This document shows positions 37,583-52,284 of a stretch of 64,000 nt of DNA, one piece after another; the stretch's first letter is position 1, and each line of letters begins with the position of its first letter. The notes below the pieces were generated by a model. It saw nothing but the letters and a program-made list of their open reading frames with translations, ran no database searches and had not been told where the DNA came from. This DNA is from Trichoplax sp. H2 (Eukaryota). The position numbers and the translations under genes were made by a program. The DNA lies in the NCBI GenBank assembly GCA_003344405.1, contig NOWV01000144.1:124001-188000 (forward strand), read 5' to 3'.

Positions 37583-40500
37583 CCTAGCTCATGTTTTCTA
37601 TTTATTCTACTTCCATCCATTAATGTAACCGTTATAAAATGGAGAACCGTTGCAAAAACTATACTAAAATTTTGACTATTTTTCTCAATTTCTACATAGA
37701 AAGCAATAAACTGAAGAAATTCCTCGTGTAATTGAGGAATATAACATAAGTATTGAATAACATTGAATAGCAGAATAGCTAGTAGCTACTCTCAATTATA
37801 CATCCATAGAAGCATAACTACAGATTACTTAGAGGAATCCTATATTTTCTTCTAGTAGTACATGATAATAATCTAAGATACGGCGCTAATCTATTTATTC
37901 TACTTTCGTGCTTCAATGTAAGTAAGCCTTATGAAATGAAGAACTGTTGCGAGAGCTATATTAAAATTTTGACTAATTTTTCGCACAGGAAGCAAAAAAA
38001 CTAGAGAAATTCCATATGTAATTGAGGGATGTAACATAAGCACTGCACAAAATTAAGTAAAAGAATATTCTAGCTATTAATTATACATCTATAGAGACAT
38101 AAGTGCAGATTACTAAGGGAAATCCTAGATTCTCTTTTAGTAGTATATGATAAACTCGTAATAATCTAAGATAGGACGCTATTACGATAAACCATACGAA
38201 ATCACAGTAACCAATATTTCATTTGGGTTCGAGGCCTATCTTAAACTTACTTATTAGATACATCGGCTTGATTGGCAATAATATTTCCTATCTTTAAATA
38301 ACAATATTGCAAATTTCGTAGTGGAAGCAGAAAGCGATCAGGTGATGTTGCCACATCATTACTAGTGATGATTAAGGTATTGTTGCTAGGCTGGAAGAAA
38401 AATAATAATTTTATGGAAATGAGATTACGAAACGAAACTCAGTTTTTACTCAAATACTATACTGTCTTAAGCGAATTAAAATTGGATAAAGCACGTTATA
38501 GAATTAACAGTAGAAAATAATATTTCTAATACGAAGTTTTTTGATACTCCTTAAGGCTTATAAACTAACTTGTTGAATGACAAATCCATCCGTGTTATTT
38601 ATCGCTAATATTTGATCAGGATCGACGTATTGCAATGAAGCCGTGATATTGGATATCAAGTAGTTATAATGGAGTTGAATTGTAGGAGGAATAACGTTAA
38701 CACACGTTGTTTTCTCGCCAATTTCTACCTTGTAATTACAATTCTAATATCCAGAAAGTAAAACATTTCAATGTTAATTTATCAGCCTAAGAAAAATTCG
38801 AGACTACAAGAAGACACACTATGGAAGTTAACCTCCTTTTGTAGTGTTTAAAGTTGGATATAAGTATGTAAGATCGAAATCCTTGCAGCAGTTACAATAA
38901 TATTTTTCGATCAAAAAAATTATGCACTGATTGACTTCTCATCCAAGAACAAGTTTTAAATCATAAAAAGAAAAGATAATACATCCAGGCTCCAGCCATA
39001 TGAAAATCACTTCCAGAATAATACCGTATTCTAAAATACTCTGCAGCTACGGCAATTGATCGTCCACTAACGCTTTATTGCAATGGAAAACTACAACTAC
39101 AGATGCAATTATATCAGCTTTTAGGCTAGCAATGTATTTAAAAGATAGCTGTACCTGTATTGAATCTAGGCAAACTGTTGGATTTAAGGAAGCAGTCAAG
39201 AAAGTAATACTTGCAGTACTTGGTATACTGGTGTTCCCGTTATAGACAATCGAGAAAGTTATTTGCGCTGTAGTGAAGTTACTTGCAGGCGCCATTAGAC
39301 CGGTCATGAAAACGACATAATCACGAAGAAGTAAAGCAAAAGTATCATTGTTGAAGGGCTTTGATACGTTTTGACGTAAATATAAGACACTTCCATCAGA
39401 ACTTGAATCCACTGTAATGGAGGCACCCTCAAAAGTAGTGCCACATTGGCACCATAGACTATTATTGGTAAATTCTCTAAAAAAAGAGAAATAGATTATT
39501 TTCACAATGGAGTTCTAACTTAAGATCAGTTAAGCTCTCAATGGTCGCACCATTAATGTTAAAAAATCTTGATATGCTATTAAGCAGTACTAAAAATGAA
39601 AACCATAATCTTCAAGGTAACGTAACTAATTGTAATTAGATCGATATGTAAAGCAACTTTATATTATCATAAAAAACGATGGATGAAATTTATGATATAA
39701 TCCTCTTCGGTACTTTAACGGAATAAAAAACTAATAGACAATCTTGGAAATAATGTCATTTATCGTGGCGGAATTGATATTTAATACAGCACTTTTAGTA
39801 TCGATTTTAATTGATGAATACCAAAATGACTGATAGAACTACGTATCTTGACGGAAATTAATATCTTAAAGGAATAATTAACACCATTTATAGAAGATTG
39901 CTACAGTATAACCAACGTGGCTATGAAATAGCAAGGAAAGGAAAACATAAAATTAAATAGGTATAAAAAAGAATTCTCTACCAATTTGTAGACTATTAGA
40001 CTTGGAGCGAATGTATTGCAATAAGAATCACAGCAATTTCTATAATTTACCCAATTTGACAACCATCTGTGATATTTCCTGAACATAAGGTTATTCCTAG
40101 CCTTCCGTTGGTCAGCGGCTTGGTAATTTGTATTTTAATTTCAAATTGATTGATATCGAGCTGTGGTTGATCATCAATAATTGCATCTGATGCGGCTATT
40201 TTAATTGATAATGTGCTAGCATTAGGATAATTAGCCGTCATTGCAAAATGGTTTCCAATTTTTGAAGGACCATTTAAATCAACGTAGGGGGAGTAAGGTC
40301 GGGTAATTTTCATAGGTATAGTGCATGAATGTGTTTGGAATTTTTTTGATAAAGTAAAGGTTAAATTTTGCTCAGTTAAAGAAGATAAAGGCCAATTATT
40401 GCTATACATCACCTGCGATAGAATATTCTTGAAGAAAATATTATATGAAATAATTAGAGACTTTATGAAATCGATAAAATTATCCATTACTCGCCAACGA

Positions 40501-43500
40501 ATTGAAAACTTCAAGATCTATATAATACACTACTCTATTTTACTTTTACTTAAATTAGGATAGAGAAACTAATTATAACTTACTCGGTAGTAGGTAAATG
40601 AACCCTCTTGCATAATCTCCAATCCAGTGGAATCATTTCCGTTATAAATTAATCTACCGCCAGTATTAGGATAAGCCTGTAATTCGACTGTTGCATTCGT
40701 CAAGATATCATGGTCGCCTAATTCGGAACGAAAACGAACGAGTCGAAGTGGATAAAATGGTAGCGGTGTGACTTGAATAATGAAGGTTATTGATTCAGGG
40801 CAAGTTAAATAGAAATGAATCGGATGGACAAAGATATTGATCACTTGTGCTTCCTGGATGCTACCGTTAATATTCTGCAATGCCATATTGATATAACGAT
40901 ATTCCGGTGGGACATTGATAGTAGCATTATTGACATAATAAAGTGATTGCAAGACAAGTTGATAGTCCCTAGCTATTGCAATACCAGTAATATTTATGTG
41001 ATAGGTATCACCTGTAAATCGAAAGTGAACATTAATAATACTGATCTGATTTCGGTACACTAGTCAAGAATTGGAATGCGAATAATAAAATCATAGGACG
41101 GAAATTTAATTCTTAATGATAACCTATATAAAATTTATAGAACTGATTCCGGTGCGATATTCAAAAATTAAAATGCGAATAATAAAATCGTAAGGCAGCT
41201 ATTTTAGTTGTTAATGATAGCTTATATCAAATTTATAGATCTCATTCCTATAACTGATCTTATCGAATCTATGGTACACCGCAATTGTGTACTCAATAGA
41301 ATCACTTAACTTAGCAATAGCATATCTAAGATATTTTACTTTAATTGAATCCAAGAACTAGAGCAATTTTACAGAATTTTATTACACTTACTTGATTCGG
41401 ATAATGTTAAACCAAATCGCCTAATTAAGCCTTGATCAAGACGAATGTAATCATGATTAGTAAGCGATGAACCACTTAATTTGATCGTAATTCCTGCAAT
41501 AGGGATCGATTCAATCGATGCATTGGCTATCGTATTAACTATATGTAGTCCGGTCTGCAATACGAAATACATGCGATTGAATTTAAACGGAAAATAGTTT
41601 AAATCAGTACTATGATTGAACGCAATCGCTAATAAACTAGTTGGATAAGGAATTATCGATATAAAAATATCAAGAGGAATACCAGTGTTCCCAAGTTGAT
41701 CCGCTAAAGTTGCAGTAATTATACGACAACCAGCCTGCAAATTCGCTTGATCATTCGTATAGGTTAAAGTTTTAATAATTTGATCATACGTTATAGTTTG
41801 GCCGGTGATGTTATAAACTATTCTCCTTGAATGGGTTACATTCACATTGCCAGGCGTTATAATAGAAATATCCTCTTGATCAAGGCCTGCTATATTGGTT
41901 AAAGTAATGGCAATTTCTGATATTAACTGTTGAGATGGATTAATAATAGCCATAGGCCCAAGTTGACCAACTGCAAGGGCTCGTGATGCAGTTGGCAGTA
42001 AAGTAAATGTACGGCGATTACAACGTACATAGGGCCGATGATTATCATTATTAACAACATCAACAGTGATGCTAGTCGGTGTATTAAACGCAACTGTATC
42101 ACGAAGAGAGATCTGAATCTTTCTACTTGATGTTTTCAATTCACCAGAATAGTCGGTAAACGTTAGTGTTGATAATATTTGTTGATATTCTATAGATGTT
42201 CCGTTTCCCTTGATAACTAGTCGAGTTGGTGTTTCGTTGATAATTTTTATAGAAGATGAAGACGAAGGTAAATTTTTTACGTGAGTTGAATTTATAGATA
42301 AATACTGACCACAACTAAGAATGCATAATCCAATTTGAGCGTTAACGCTTAAGCCATCGCAATGTCGTCCAATTTGATTATCAAATTGCTTCCGGCAACC
42401 ATATTCAATAGCGAGAGGATGGCTACAATGTGATAGAGGATGAACCAATTCAACAACAGCTTCCTCCAGTAGAAATTCGGGCTGGTCAAGATCAGCGATA
42501 ATAATACCTTCTGCAATAGGTAAAGGTTGGTCATTCTGTGTATACGTCCATCGAGCTTTAGTCAATGTTATGGTAGGCCTTAGTTTATCGTAATGAATTA
42601 GTCGGATATACGTAAATGAAGGTAAGGATTCCTGCCGACCATCATTAACAGTAAATGAAATAGTTCGTTGAGACCCTGCAAGAGGATTAGCAGCTATTGC
42701 TTGATACCTATTATATATACAAGCATTAACAGCAGAGATATTAATGGCGCTTCTACGCTTAAGTAGGAAAACAATATTAATCTAATCAAGATTTTAAGTA
42801 CGTTGCATACTTTAGAGTTTAATAACTCATAAACTTGAAAGCTACGTTATTTTCAATTTGAATCACAAGTGTAAATATCACTTATAAATGCCTATTAATA
42901 CTATAAAATTATCAAATAACACTCTTGTAAATGCGATAATAAAATCTCTGTTATAATAAAATGATATTACTTTTATCTAGGCTTACGTTAGATATCCACT
43001 TGGTGCAATATTTGTGGTATCGACTTAGCAAATAAATTTATAAATTATTGATCGACAGCTACCGATGCGCATTTTAATCAATCTACTCATGTGGAACTAT
43101 GATCCCGTGTATGCTATAGAATCATTAATATACTCTACTTCTCTCGTAACGAAATAACTTACCGGAAAAGTTGAAAAATTTGCAAATATTCGCTGTGGCT
43201 ACCATTACCATTGACACTAATATGAAATTGGTTATAATTGGTATTTGGCGGATAACTCAAAGTAAAACCGCTTGGAATACTGTTACTTGTGATTAAACGC
43301 TCTTTTCCGATATTTTCAATTTCCATTAATTTGATGGTAGTATTAACAATATAATTTCGTACTTGATATTGGCTATCTAAATCAGAAATTGTAGCATTGG
43401 TACCGATAAGGCCAATTATACTAGGGTTAACAATGGCAGTTCCGTTATAGACATCATGGTAATAAGTCAAGTAATCTCGATCAGATCGAAAGCCTAAAGT

Positions 43501-46500
43501 AGAATAGTGCATGAAAATTACAGCCTTGATTAGTAAGTGATTAATGCTAAATTAATGCTATGCAATCTTATAAGTCGATTTAAATCCTACCCGATATATT
43601 CACACTAGACTGACTTTGAAATCCATTTAACCGCACTATGGGAGAATTGTCGTTAATTAAGCGTATCTTAATATTAATCGATATTGGAAGGCTAGTAAAA
43701 ACTTCATCTTGAACAATAATCTGCACTTGGCGGTCAATACCGCTAGGTTCAATAGCGATACTAGTATAAGTTAATGTTCTCAAAATAGCTTCATAGGTTG
43801 ACGGTGATTTATTACCAGATAGAGAGAGCATATTATCAACATAACTATAATTTAAGCTTAGTTCAGAAGCTATTTGGGAATCAACTTGTAGATACTGACC
43901 ACAGCTTTCGTTGCAGCTATAGAAGAGCAGACATAGAGCAAATAATTAATTATTATTTAAATTAGATTTTTCCGTATTCTGTAATGTATATTAATGTCTA
44001 CAAATAAGCTCGAGAAATTCAATATGAAATAATACCTCTTGATATTCGTAGAATTGCGACAGGAAAGTTGTAGCATAGAATTGGTCAGACAAGATGCCGC
44101 TGGATTGACAAGAAACGCAGATGCAGAAGTCAAGTTATAATAAGGATAATCTCTATCGGTTATACGTAAGGTTGAAGCAATAGCAAGAGGTTTGGAATTT
44201 TCAGTAAATACGAAATTATTTTGGGTCAGAATCATCTGAGGGCGAAATTTATCATTATGGATGATTCTGATATAAGTTTGCGAAATCGGAGACTGAAATT
44301 GACCATCGCTAGCGAAAAACTCAATCGTTCTGTCATCTCCACTGAGTTGTGTGGCATTGGAATAATACCTGGATCGATATTAATAAATACATTTAGTGTC
44401 AATCTGAAATTAAACTATAAAATAAATAGTTCTATGACAAGAAATTAACGGTTAAAAATAGTCAATATAATCTGTTATGATGACTTTAAGGTGGAATCTA
44501 AATTCCTCAATATGAAATATGCTTGTATAGATCAAATAAATATTATGAGTTCTGCTTGTAGTAGTCAGGTAATATTTTTTAGAAAAGATTACCATGTGTT
44601 GCTTTAATTATAGTACAAGCCGATTGTAAAAATATAAGGATAACTTACATTACAGTTCTTAAGATTTGAGGATAAGCTACATGACTTGCATTGCCTCTTA
44701 GTAAGATAGACTTTTGGCGATCTAACCGATTATTAATGAGCTGGATTTGAATTCCAAATTGTTCCAGTAAGGATGAATTGAGAAATAGAAATTCATTATC
44801 GAAATTATCAATGTTAGTTAGAATGATATCCATCGAAGTAATATACGGATTAATGCTATCTCCATCAGTGATTTCCAATTGTGATCCAACAACAGCTACA
44901 CCTTGTGCAGGTTTAGAATCATTGAATATGACAAGATAGTCCAAAGAAGCATTATATCCTGGAAAGAGAGTATTTTAAAAATTATAGTAGAAATCTTTTA
45001 ATTTTTCTCTCGTGAGTAAACATTATGAAAATGGTAAAATAAATAATCTATGCATAAATGGCATATTCTAGTTGTTACTTTGTCGTCACTAAACTTATTA
45101 TAGCGATAGTACATTCTAAGAATTTCAACTACAAATCTATTTGATAGCATCAAAAGACTAAGATACAAAATGAAATGTAACAAAATAGGCATAGGAAGGC
45201 TTCTCTGGCTACCAGCATATGACTCCTGATCTTATGCTATTATGGCTTACAGTAGTTTAGTATTATCTTATTAATGTCAGCATAAAGTCATATCAATCAA
45301 ATAGAGAAAAATTATTCTTTACCTGTAATATTAAATGGAGAATTGCTTGGATCTTGAATCCCATTTAATCTGATCACAAATCCGTTATCGTTTATATTTA
45401 AGATCGAAATGGATAGAGTAGTAAAGCCTTGCAATACCTTTTGCTCATCGTAATTTATAGCTGAAATATTTAAATTATAGGATGACTGTTGTTCATAGTC
45501 AAATGATTGGGTTGTTGTCACTAAACCCGTAACAGCATCAATAGTGAATTTGCCTTTTTCATTGCCTTGAACAATTGCATAACTGATAGTATTGCCGCGA
45601 CAAGTATCAATATCTGTTGCTCCGACTTGTACAACAAATATACCTGGTGGTGAATTTTCTACCATGGAGGCTAAGTAATTTGTTTGGTTAAAGACCGGTT
45701 TATTATCATTATAGCCGTAAACATAGACCTTTGCAGAAGTGATATAGCTGCGCTGATCGTTAATCGTAGCGTAGAAATCAATTTGACGTGATCGACATGT
45801 TGGTTCATCTCTAGTGTTGTTATAATAAATTTGGAGGAGATGATTTTGATAATCGATCAAAGTAGAAGGTCCACTGATATTAATATTATGGAAATCGTTA
45901 CTAATATCAACCGTTAAATCACTTGCTGCAATAGAAATATTAGGACGTGATTGAAATAGCAATTGATCATGATTGCCGTCTGGAAAGTTAATAAGTTGCA
46001 CTATCAAAGTGGTCATCGTTGTAAATAATCGATTCCTTGTAAATATGCGTGCAACTGACGATGCAACAGGTACTGGTGGTTGTGTTTCGATAAAATTTGT
46101 GGTATAATCATAAGAATTAATATCAGGCCCAGATAAATCTATAATTGGTGCTAGATTATTAACTGGTTTGATAGTAAATGTAGTTGAACTTGTCAAATTG
46201 AAGGGCGTTAATTCATCTGGATACAGTAAAATTTCTGCTGTCATGGCGGAAATTGGATTTGGTGACTCGTAACTATTAGAATAATAGATTCTACGTATGA
46301 TATCTGCATAATTTTGCAGTATATTATCTCCTTGTAAAGTTAGTTTAGCCATTTGTTGATCATAGGATGCCATAATTGTGTTGTTCGTATTTATTGGTGG
46401 ATCAATTACAAGTAATTGTTGTCCGCACGTCTTTAAACATTGGATTGCAACACCTGTTGACGCTTTATTGCCGAATGCTAAAGCTTTCAGACGTCCGGTA

Positions 46501-49148
46501 TAATACCCTACCATTGCATTGGGACTATTCCATAAAGCTCCAGCAACGAGTACACCATTACCATCATCAGTAATATTGTCAAGTATAGACTGACTATCTG
46601 TAATTTGGATGAATTGAAAGGTAAAAAACGAATATTAATATTCAACATCAACAAATTACCAGCTATCATTTTCTAATATTCCAAGTCAAAATGAATTATT
46701 TTGAGGTACTAATAGATGATAGACTATTGTATTATGAAGATACCTAAGAAAAATGATCAAGCTACATGATAGAGACATTGTCAACTTGCTTATACTGGGT
46801 AATCATTCAATATATGTACTTATATAAATTCTGTCCTATTAATAATTCTTAATAAAGATGAAGGGGATAATATACACTATCCTTCTAATTGGTATAAGAT
46901 CCACACGATTAGTATTTTTTTAACTCATATAGATACTATAGCACTTTACCTATAAGATCATGATCAATATATAATGTTGCAGAGCCTTCAGAGATTGATA
47001 TAGTTAGTTGATGCCAACGTTCGTTATCTATTCTTTGCTGAAGGCTGAATGATACATTCTGCTGACGAAAAGATAAAATTACAGTATCATTGCTTACGAG
47101 GCTTAGGCCAAAAATTATTTGATCATTTGTAGACTTTGTTAAAATATATCGATGATTTGTATTATTAATCATCGGTTGCCATAGCCATGTGCTAATGGTT
47201 AATTGATTATCTAGAATCAAAGGTTGGCTAGCATTTGAGACGATATATGCCTCGGTACCATTGAAAATAATACTATTATCTACATCTTGTTGTAAATTTT
47301 CAGCTGTTTGCTGTATAGCTTGACCAATATCCAGCCCTTGTTTTAACATACCACAAGATCGATATCGATATATATTTGCTTTACAAATAAATTGATGCTG
47401 GCATTTGAATGTGCACTGACCAGCACATTTACATCCAAGACATCCGGCTTGTAAGCATAATATCTGATTTAATGTGATATATTCAGGACGAATTATAATT
47501 TGACTTAGTGATCCTTTGAATGGATAGAAATTACTTACTTCACTCGAATACTGTCCAAAAAGTAAGTTGTAGTTTTCGTTTTGACTATTAGTTAAGACTG
47601 GAAGTTGCATTTGCTGTTGAATAACGATAGTGTCGATATATAATGTTGAATTAGGATATTGAATATGTAACGTCAAATTATGCCATTTTCCGTCGTCGAT
47701 TGCATAGTTTTTCTCAGTTAAATTGTACTTTAGTATTGATTTCTGATTAAAATTGAAACCTTGCGTACTTCGGTACCAGAATTCAATGATATCCTGACTT
47801 CCTAGAGATAAAAGTGTGTAATCTATTTGATCACCTGGAGCGGAATTGCGAGAGATGATTGCGCCATCATTACCCAATTCCTGTTTGATTTTAAGGGATA
47901 GGGTCATATAATTTGTAAATCGATATGGAGTTACTTGGCGATCGACTAGCATAGCGCTAGATGCAGTGCCATCAAAGTTGATAATACCTTGAGCATCTGG
48001 TCGTTTATTAGAATTAATATCCAATGGAAAAGAAACTTTAGCTAGATCTAATACGCCTGTTCGCATCATGACTTTGGCTATATCTCCATAAAGACATTGA
48101 TCAAAATTGCTACCCGATTGACAGCCGCTATAAATTATACTCTCCTTATTAATCATATATTGGGTTAGAGTGTAAGATTTCGTATAGGTTGTCTCACCGT
48201 GTACATTTAATGTTACTGTTGGATAGCTAATATCTAAGACCAGATTATGCCAGTCGTCATGTGCAAGTAAGACATTATTAAAAGTGAATGAATAATAGCT
48301 ATTTTGTGATGATCGATAGCGAAATAGAATACGATTGAGATCAGCGTACAGATATAATCCGTACACGAGAAGGTTGTCATCTGATGCAACAGTAGTTATT
48401 AACCATGCACGGGTATTAGATTGAATTCGAAAGCAAATGGAGAGGATCAAGTTATTAGGTAGATTATAAAGGCGTAAACTTTGCTGATATTTTAGTCTAC
48501 CCTTGCCATTAAATGAGTAATAACCAGATTCTTTTTGAATACTTCCTTCTATAGTTGAATTATCGAGGATATCGGTAATGGTTGCACTGTCAACACCGCA
48601 TGTGCCATAAATATTGGAATTGCAATAACAGTCATTTTGAGTTATATTCTTTAATGTAGATTGTAATGTTATTGTGGCATTCGATATTTGTACTTGATTA
48701 TCAGAAGTATTAGCTGACTGAGACGATGATGATGTCAGCTCGATATTAGGACTAATAGCTAATGGTGATTGTTCTTCATAAAACACATTTACATATCTTG
48801 GCGGCGTAATTATTACATCTGTGAATATACCCAATCGTCGTTGGAGCAAATTGGAAAATATGAAAAATATCAAAATCAAAAGATAAAATTTTGTATTTTG
48901 CATTACCTCATTACAGTACGTTACTTGATCTTATTAAAGATGTTATAACACAAAACTATAATTATATTAATTATTATTACTTTTAATTCTGTTTAATTAT
49001 CCATGAATAAGGATTGAAATAATCATTGACGGATAAATGAGACATTATTAATGATCAATTTGGTTATCATTTTACCTTGCGTTCTTGCTGTTGTAACCGT
49101 AAGCATCCAATTGACGATGACATAACTAAAAAGCATTAGAAGCTTCAT
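35293..49148 (-). CDS. Giant secreted protein: signal peptide, LamG domains, calsyntenin-like/cadherin-like repeats, one classical cadherin repeat, C-terminal receptor-L-domain-like region
   Basis: Signal-peptide exon 49148-49076 (MKLLMLFSYVIVNWMLTVTTA-RTQ) splices in phase to the 46936-48903 ORF, which has three LamG motifs (D..WH.L.I.I). A cadherin repeat follows (NDNKPVF...ENSPPG...ATDID...FDYEQQSSY...NINDN), then repeated LxGxxxxxxYxxILxTLxYxN...R.I.I...D modules and L-domain-like LAGLENILQLGGIEINDNSQL and LRNVQSIGG..LDGIANLTAIGQRVYIQLNNNLC. The protein ends ...YSCNNN* at 35293. Confidence 0.8.
37554..37582. repeat. (AT)n microsatellite
   Basis: Uninterrupted atatat run in an intron. Confidence 0.95.
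37600..38182. repeat. Intronic ~290 bp tandem duplication
   Basis: ttattctactt...taaaattttgacta...ataatctaagatacggcgcta is repeated as ttattctactt...taaaattttgacta...ataatctaagataggacgcta. Confidence 0.85.
41069..41250. repeat. Intronic ~97 bp tandem duplication
   Basis: aatgcgaataataaaatc...ttaatgata...aaatttataga..attcc occurs twice. Confidence 0.8.
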
Positions 49149-50214
49149 CTTGGACGGATAGATTTTATTGTATTTAGATGGCAATTAATTCTGTTTCTTT
49201 ATAAGCTTTGATCGGTTTAACATTAAGTGTAATTGCGCTATTTATGGCTCGATCGACAATTTGTACATTTTAAATTGAAAAGAATTTGTCCGTTAATTCT
49301 GCATATTGTGATTTTGACAGCTCCTACTCTACTACTCTAGATAGTTTCGAAAGCAGTAACAAATCCCTGTAATAATAATTACACCTATTCCAACACGGTA
49401 CTATAGCTAGGTAAAGATGTTTTCTAGTTTCGTGCATGCATCTAACATATTATCGTGTTAATAATTACGAGTTTAGGGCTACCGTAATCAAGATGTAAAA
49501 GGTAGAAAAACTTGAGTATAATATTATAAAATTCTACGCCTATCTGAAGTCTTACAAGATTATAACTGAAAGAACAGCCTATTGACTATACTACGCGTAT
49601 GTATGAGTTGACTTTTTAGACATATAAAATCCGCTATCGATACCATATGGTGGTATTATTCATTTATATTTCTGATATAATGATTCATTATACTCTTACG
49701 TAATTAATATTGACAATATAAACATCTATTCCGTACACACTGCACCTAATATCATTTCTATTGACTTATGATGAAGATATACCGTATTGGAACGGTCCTT
49801 TCTATCCTTACAGACCTTACTATGATTGAGGAGAATTGCTTTGGCATGGACTACTAGATATACGATCTGGGTGTATCTCGTAGTCCATGGCTTTGATATC
49901 CCAAGTGCTAAATTATAGGAAGGCTATAAATGATTGTACAATGCCAGGGACTTGGTCGATAAAAAATGATTCCTTAAATATGAAAGATTTTTTATAGATC
50001 AAATTTTTTTTTATTTTTGAGAAATCATTTTACATGGAGAGGTCCCTTACGATGCCTATTTTGCTTATAGTGATCAGGCGATAAAAACTGAGCAATCGCT
50101 AACATTATTTGATCACGGTTTATCAAGAGCATGATTTGATTCAAACAAAAGTACCCTCGATAGGATTGCCCCTCATGAACACGAATGTGTTCTTTTGCAA
50201 GTGCGATTAATAAC

Positions 50215-51065
50215 CACATGATGGACTTTTCATTCTTCTATTGAAATGCTTGCTCTTACTAATCGACCGTGCAGACTAGTATACGAATAATAGTCTGTTG
50301 AATCCTATCGATAGTATGAATATTCAATCTATATTCTCCCACTAATCCTATTCCTTTCCACTTTAACAGTCAGTATTGCAATCAAGTTCTTAATGATGGT
50401 TTTTTCCTTCTTCTATTTCAAGGTTTGCTCTTACTAATTGACAGTGAAAACTGGTATAGTATATGAGGCGTTGCCTATTAATATTCAATCTATATTCTCC
50501 CACTAATCCTATTCCTTTCCGCTTTAACAGTCAGTATTGCAATCAAGTTCTTAATGATGGCTTTTTCCTTCTTCTATTTCAAGGTTTGCTCTTACCAATT
50601 GACAGTGAAAACTGGTATAGTATATGAGGCGTTGCCTATTATATTGTATCGGTAGTATTCATATAATATTCAATCTGTATCCTACTACAAACTGCATTTC
50701 ACCCTCTCGTTCAACAATCAAGATTACCAGAATCAAGTCATTGATGGCTTTTTATTCTTCCTTGTGAAAGGTTTGCTCTAACCAATTGATAGTGAAAAGC
50801 AGTGTACGAAGTCTAGCCTATCAAATCGTCTTAATACTATCAATATACAGTACATTTCCTTTCTCGTTCAACAGTTAAGATTACTAGAATAATCAAGTCC
50901 GCGATGGCTTTGGTACTTGTTTGTGAAAAGTTTATTGTTACCCATTGGCAGTGAAGACTACAGTAGTCTACAGTATGACTACTAGCCTATTCAATGTTGA
51001 GGATAATTTTTATCCATCATGTGAAGTTATACTAGCCCCATAGTCTCCCCCATTCAACAGTCACG
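50215..51065. repeat. Intergenic tandem array of ~160-185 bp units (about 5 copies, graded divergence)
   Basis: The units at ~50319-50479 and ~50480-50640 are nearly identical. Flanking units share gatggctttt, ggtttgctct.accaattga.agtgaa and ttcaacag motifs. Confidence 0.85.
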
Positions 51066-52284
51066 GTCAGAAGAATTCAATTGGAAGTTGATTTATCAAA
51101 TATCTACGTAGAACACTCCAAACAGATATCTGATTACAACATCAACAATAAATGGATTCCGACCAATATTACAGTAAATCCACTGAGTTTCATTTTAAAC
51201 GAGAAGTAGCAAAGATAGCATAATATCGATTGGCTGAACCAATGTTAACCTTTATTGCTGATGTTTAGCCTTGATATAACGGGGTGAATTTCTACCTACC
51301 ATCCATTCCCTGATACACTCATACCTATTGAGAAAATTGATTTCCTATCGGATACAATATTCAATACAATCGTAGAATCATTGTTTTTATTGTAAACAAT
51401 TATTTGATTGGCATCATCTGCTGTAGATTGGATTTTAAAAAAATAATGTTTTAGATTTCGGATTGGGCAAGAAGAACTGTCTTCGAATTTCAAAGTGAAT
51501 AAGAAGGAAGCTGTACACCATTGCTGTATTGATCTATTCATGCTCGATAGAGTACTATCGCGATTACATGCATCTGCTACATTGGATCTCTCACTACTTG
51601 GGAGTCAAGACCACGTTTTTTAGCGAAACAAGTCCATACCGATTGGCACAGGCAGACGGCATCATCACCCTAGGAAATAGAATGGTTTTGGCAAGTCACC
51701 AAAAGCGTGCTAGTACCGGAATTACTTAGCAATACAGACAGTAGTGGTGGAAGTAGGCAACCTTTCTCTATCAGCGCAACACTTTGAAAGAGCTACAGCC
51801 ACTTTGCCTCGAGTATACTCGACTACTTGAATTTGTTCCTGTAAGTTTAGCAAGAATAATAATGACAGTATGTATTTTCTTAGCTTTTCGTGGTTGCATT
51901 GTATTGGTATCGTTGCAGTCCATGATATTCTACTGTATCATGGTGTGCACTGCCGTGTTTTGCAACGAAAGCGGAAGAGAGTTTTCTATCCGAAAGTAAG
52001 TGGCAGTGTCTGCATGGCAGTCAATCTGTCAGTAATGAGGGCCTGGATTAACCCTTAAAAAACCAAAGGCATTTTTCATCCCATAGTAGGGACTCTCTCT
52101 GCTAATACTGTATAGGACTGTCCTTCGTGTCCTAAAAAACTGCCCGTCATTTCTGCCAATTCTACCGTACTGTATGATTTGTATTTTTGACTAGACCTTT
52201 TCACGTCTGGCAGGAGTCGGTCCGTTGCACTTCCTTGTTGCCTTCTTCGAGTAGAATATTTACAGGACGCCATGATTGATATCC

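Noticed and set aside
50215-51065. CRISPR-like array
   Set aside because: Units are long whole-unit duplications without unique spacers; the context is eukaryotic and there are no cas genes.
51296-52273. Short minus-strand ORFs divergent from CBP
   Set aside because: I could not build a consistent spliced ORF or recognise any domain; at most a non-coding divergent transcript.
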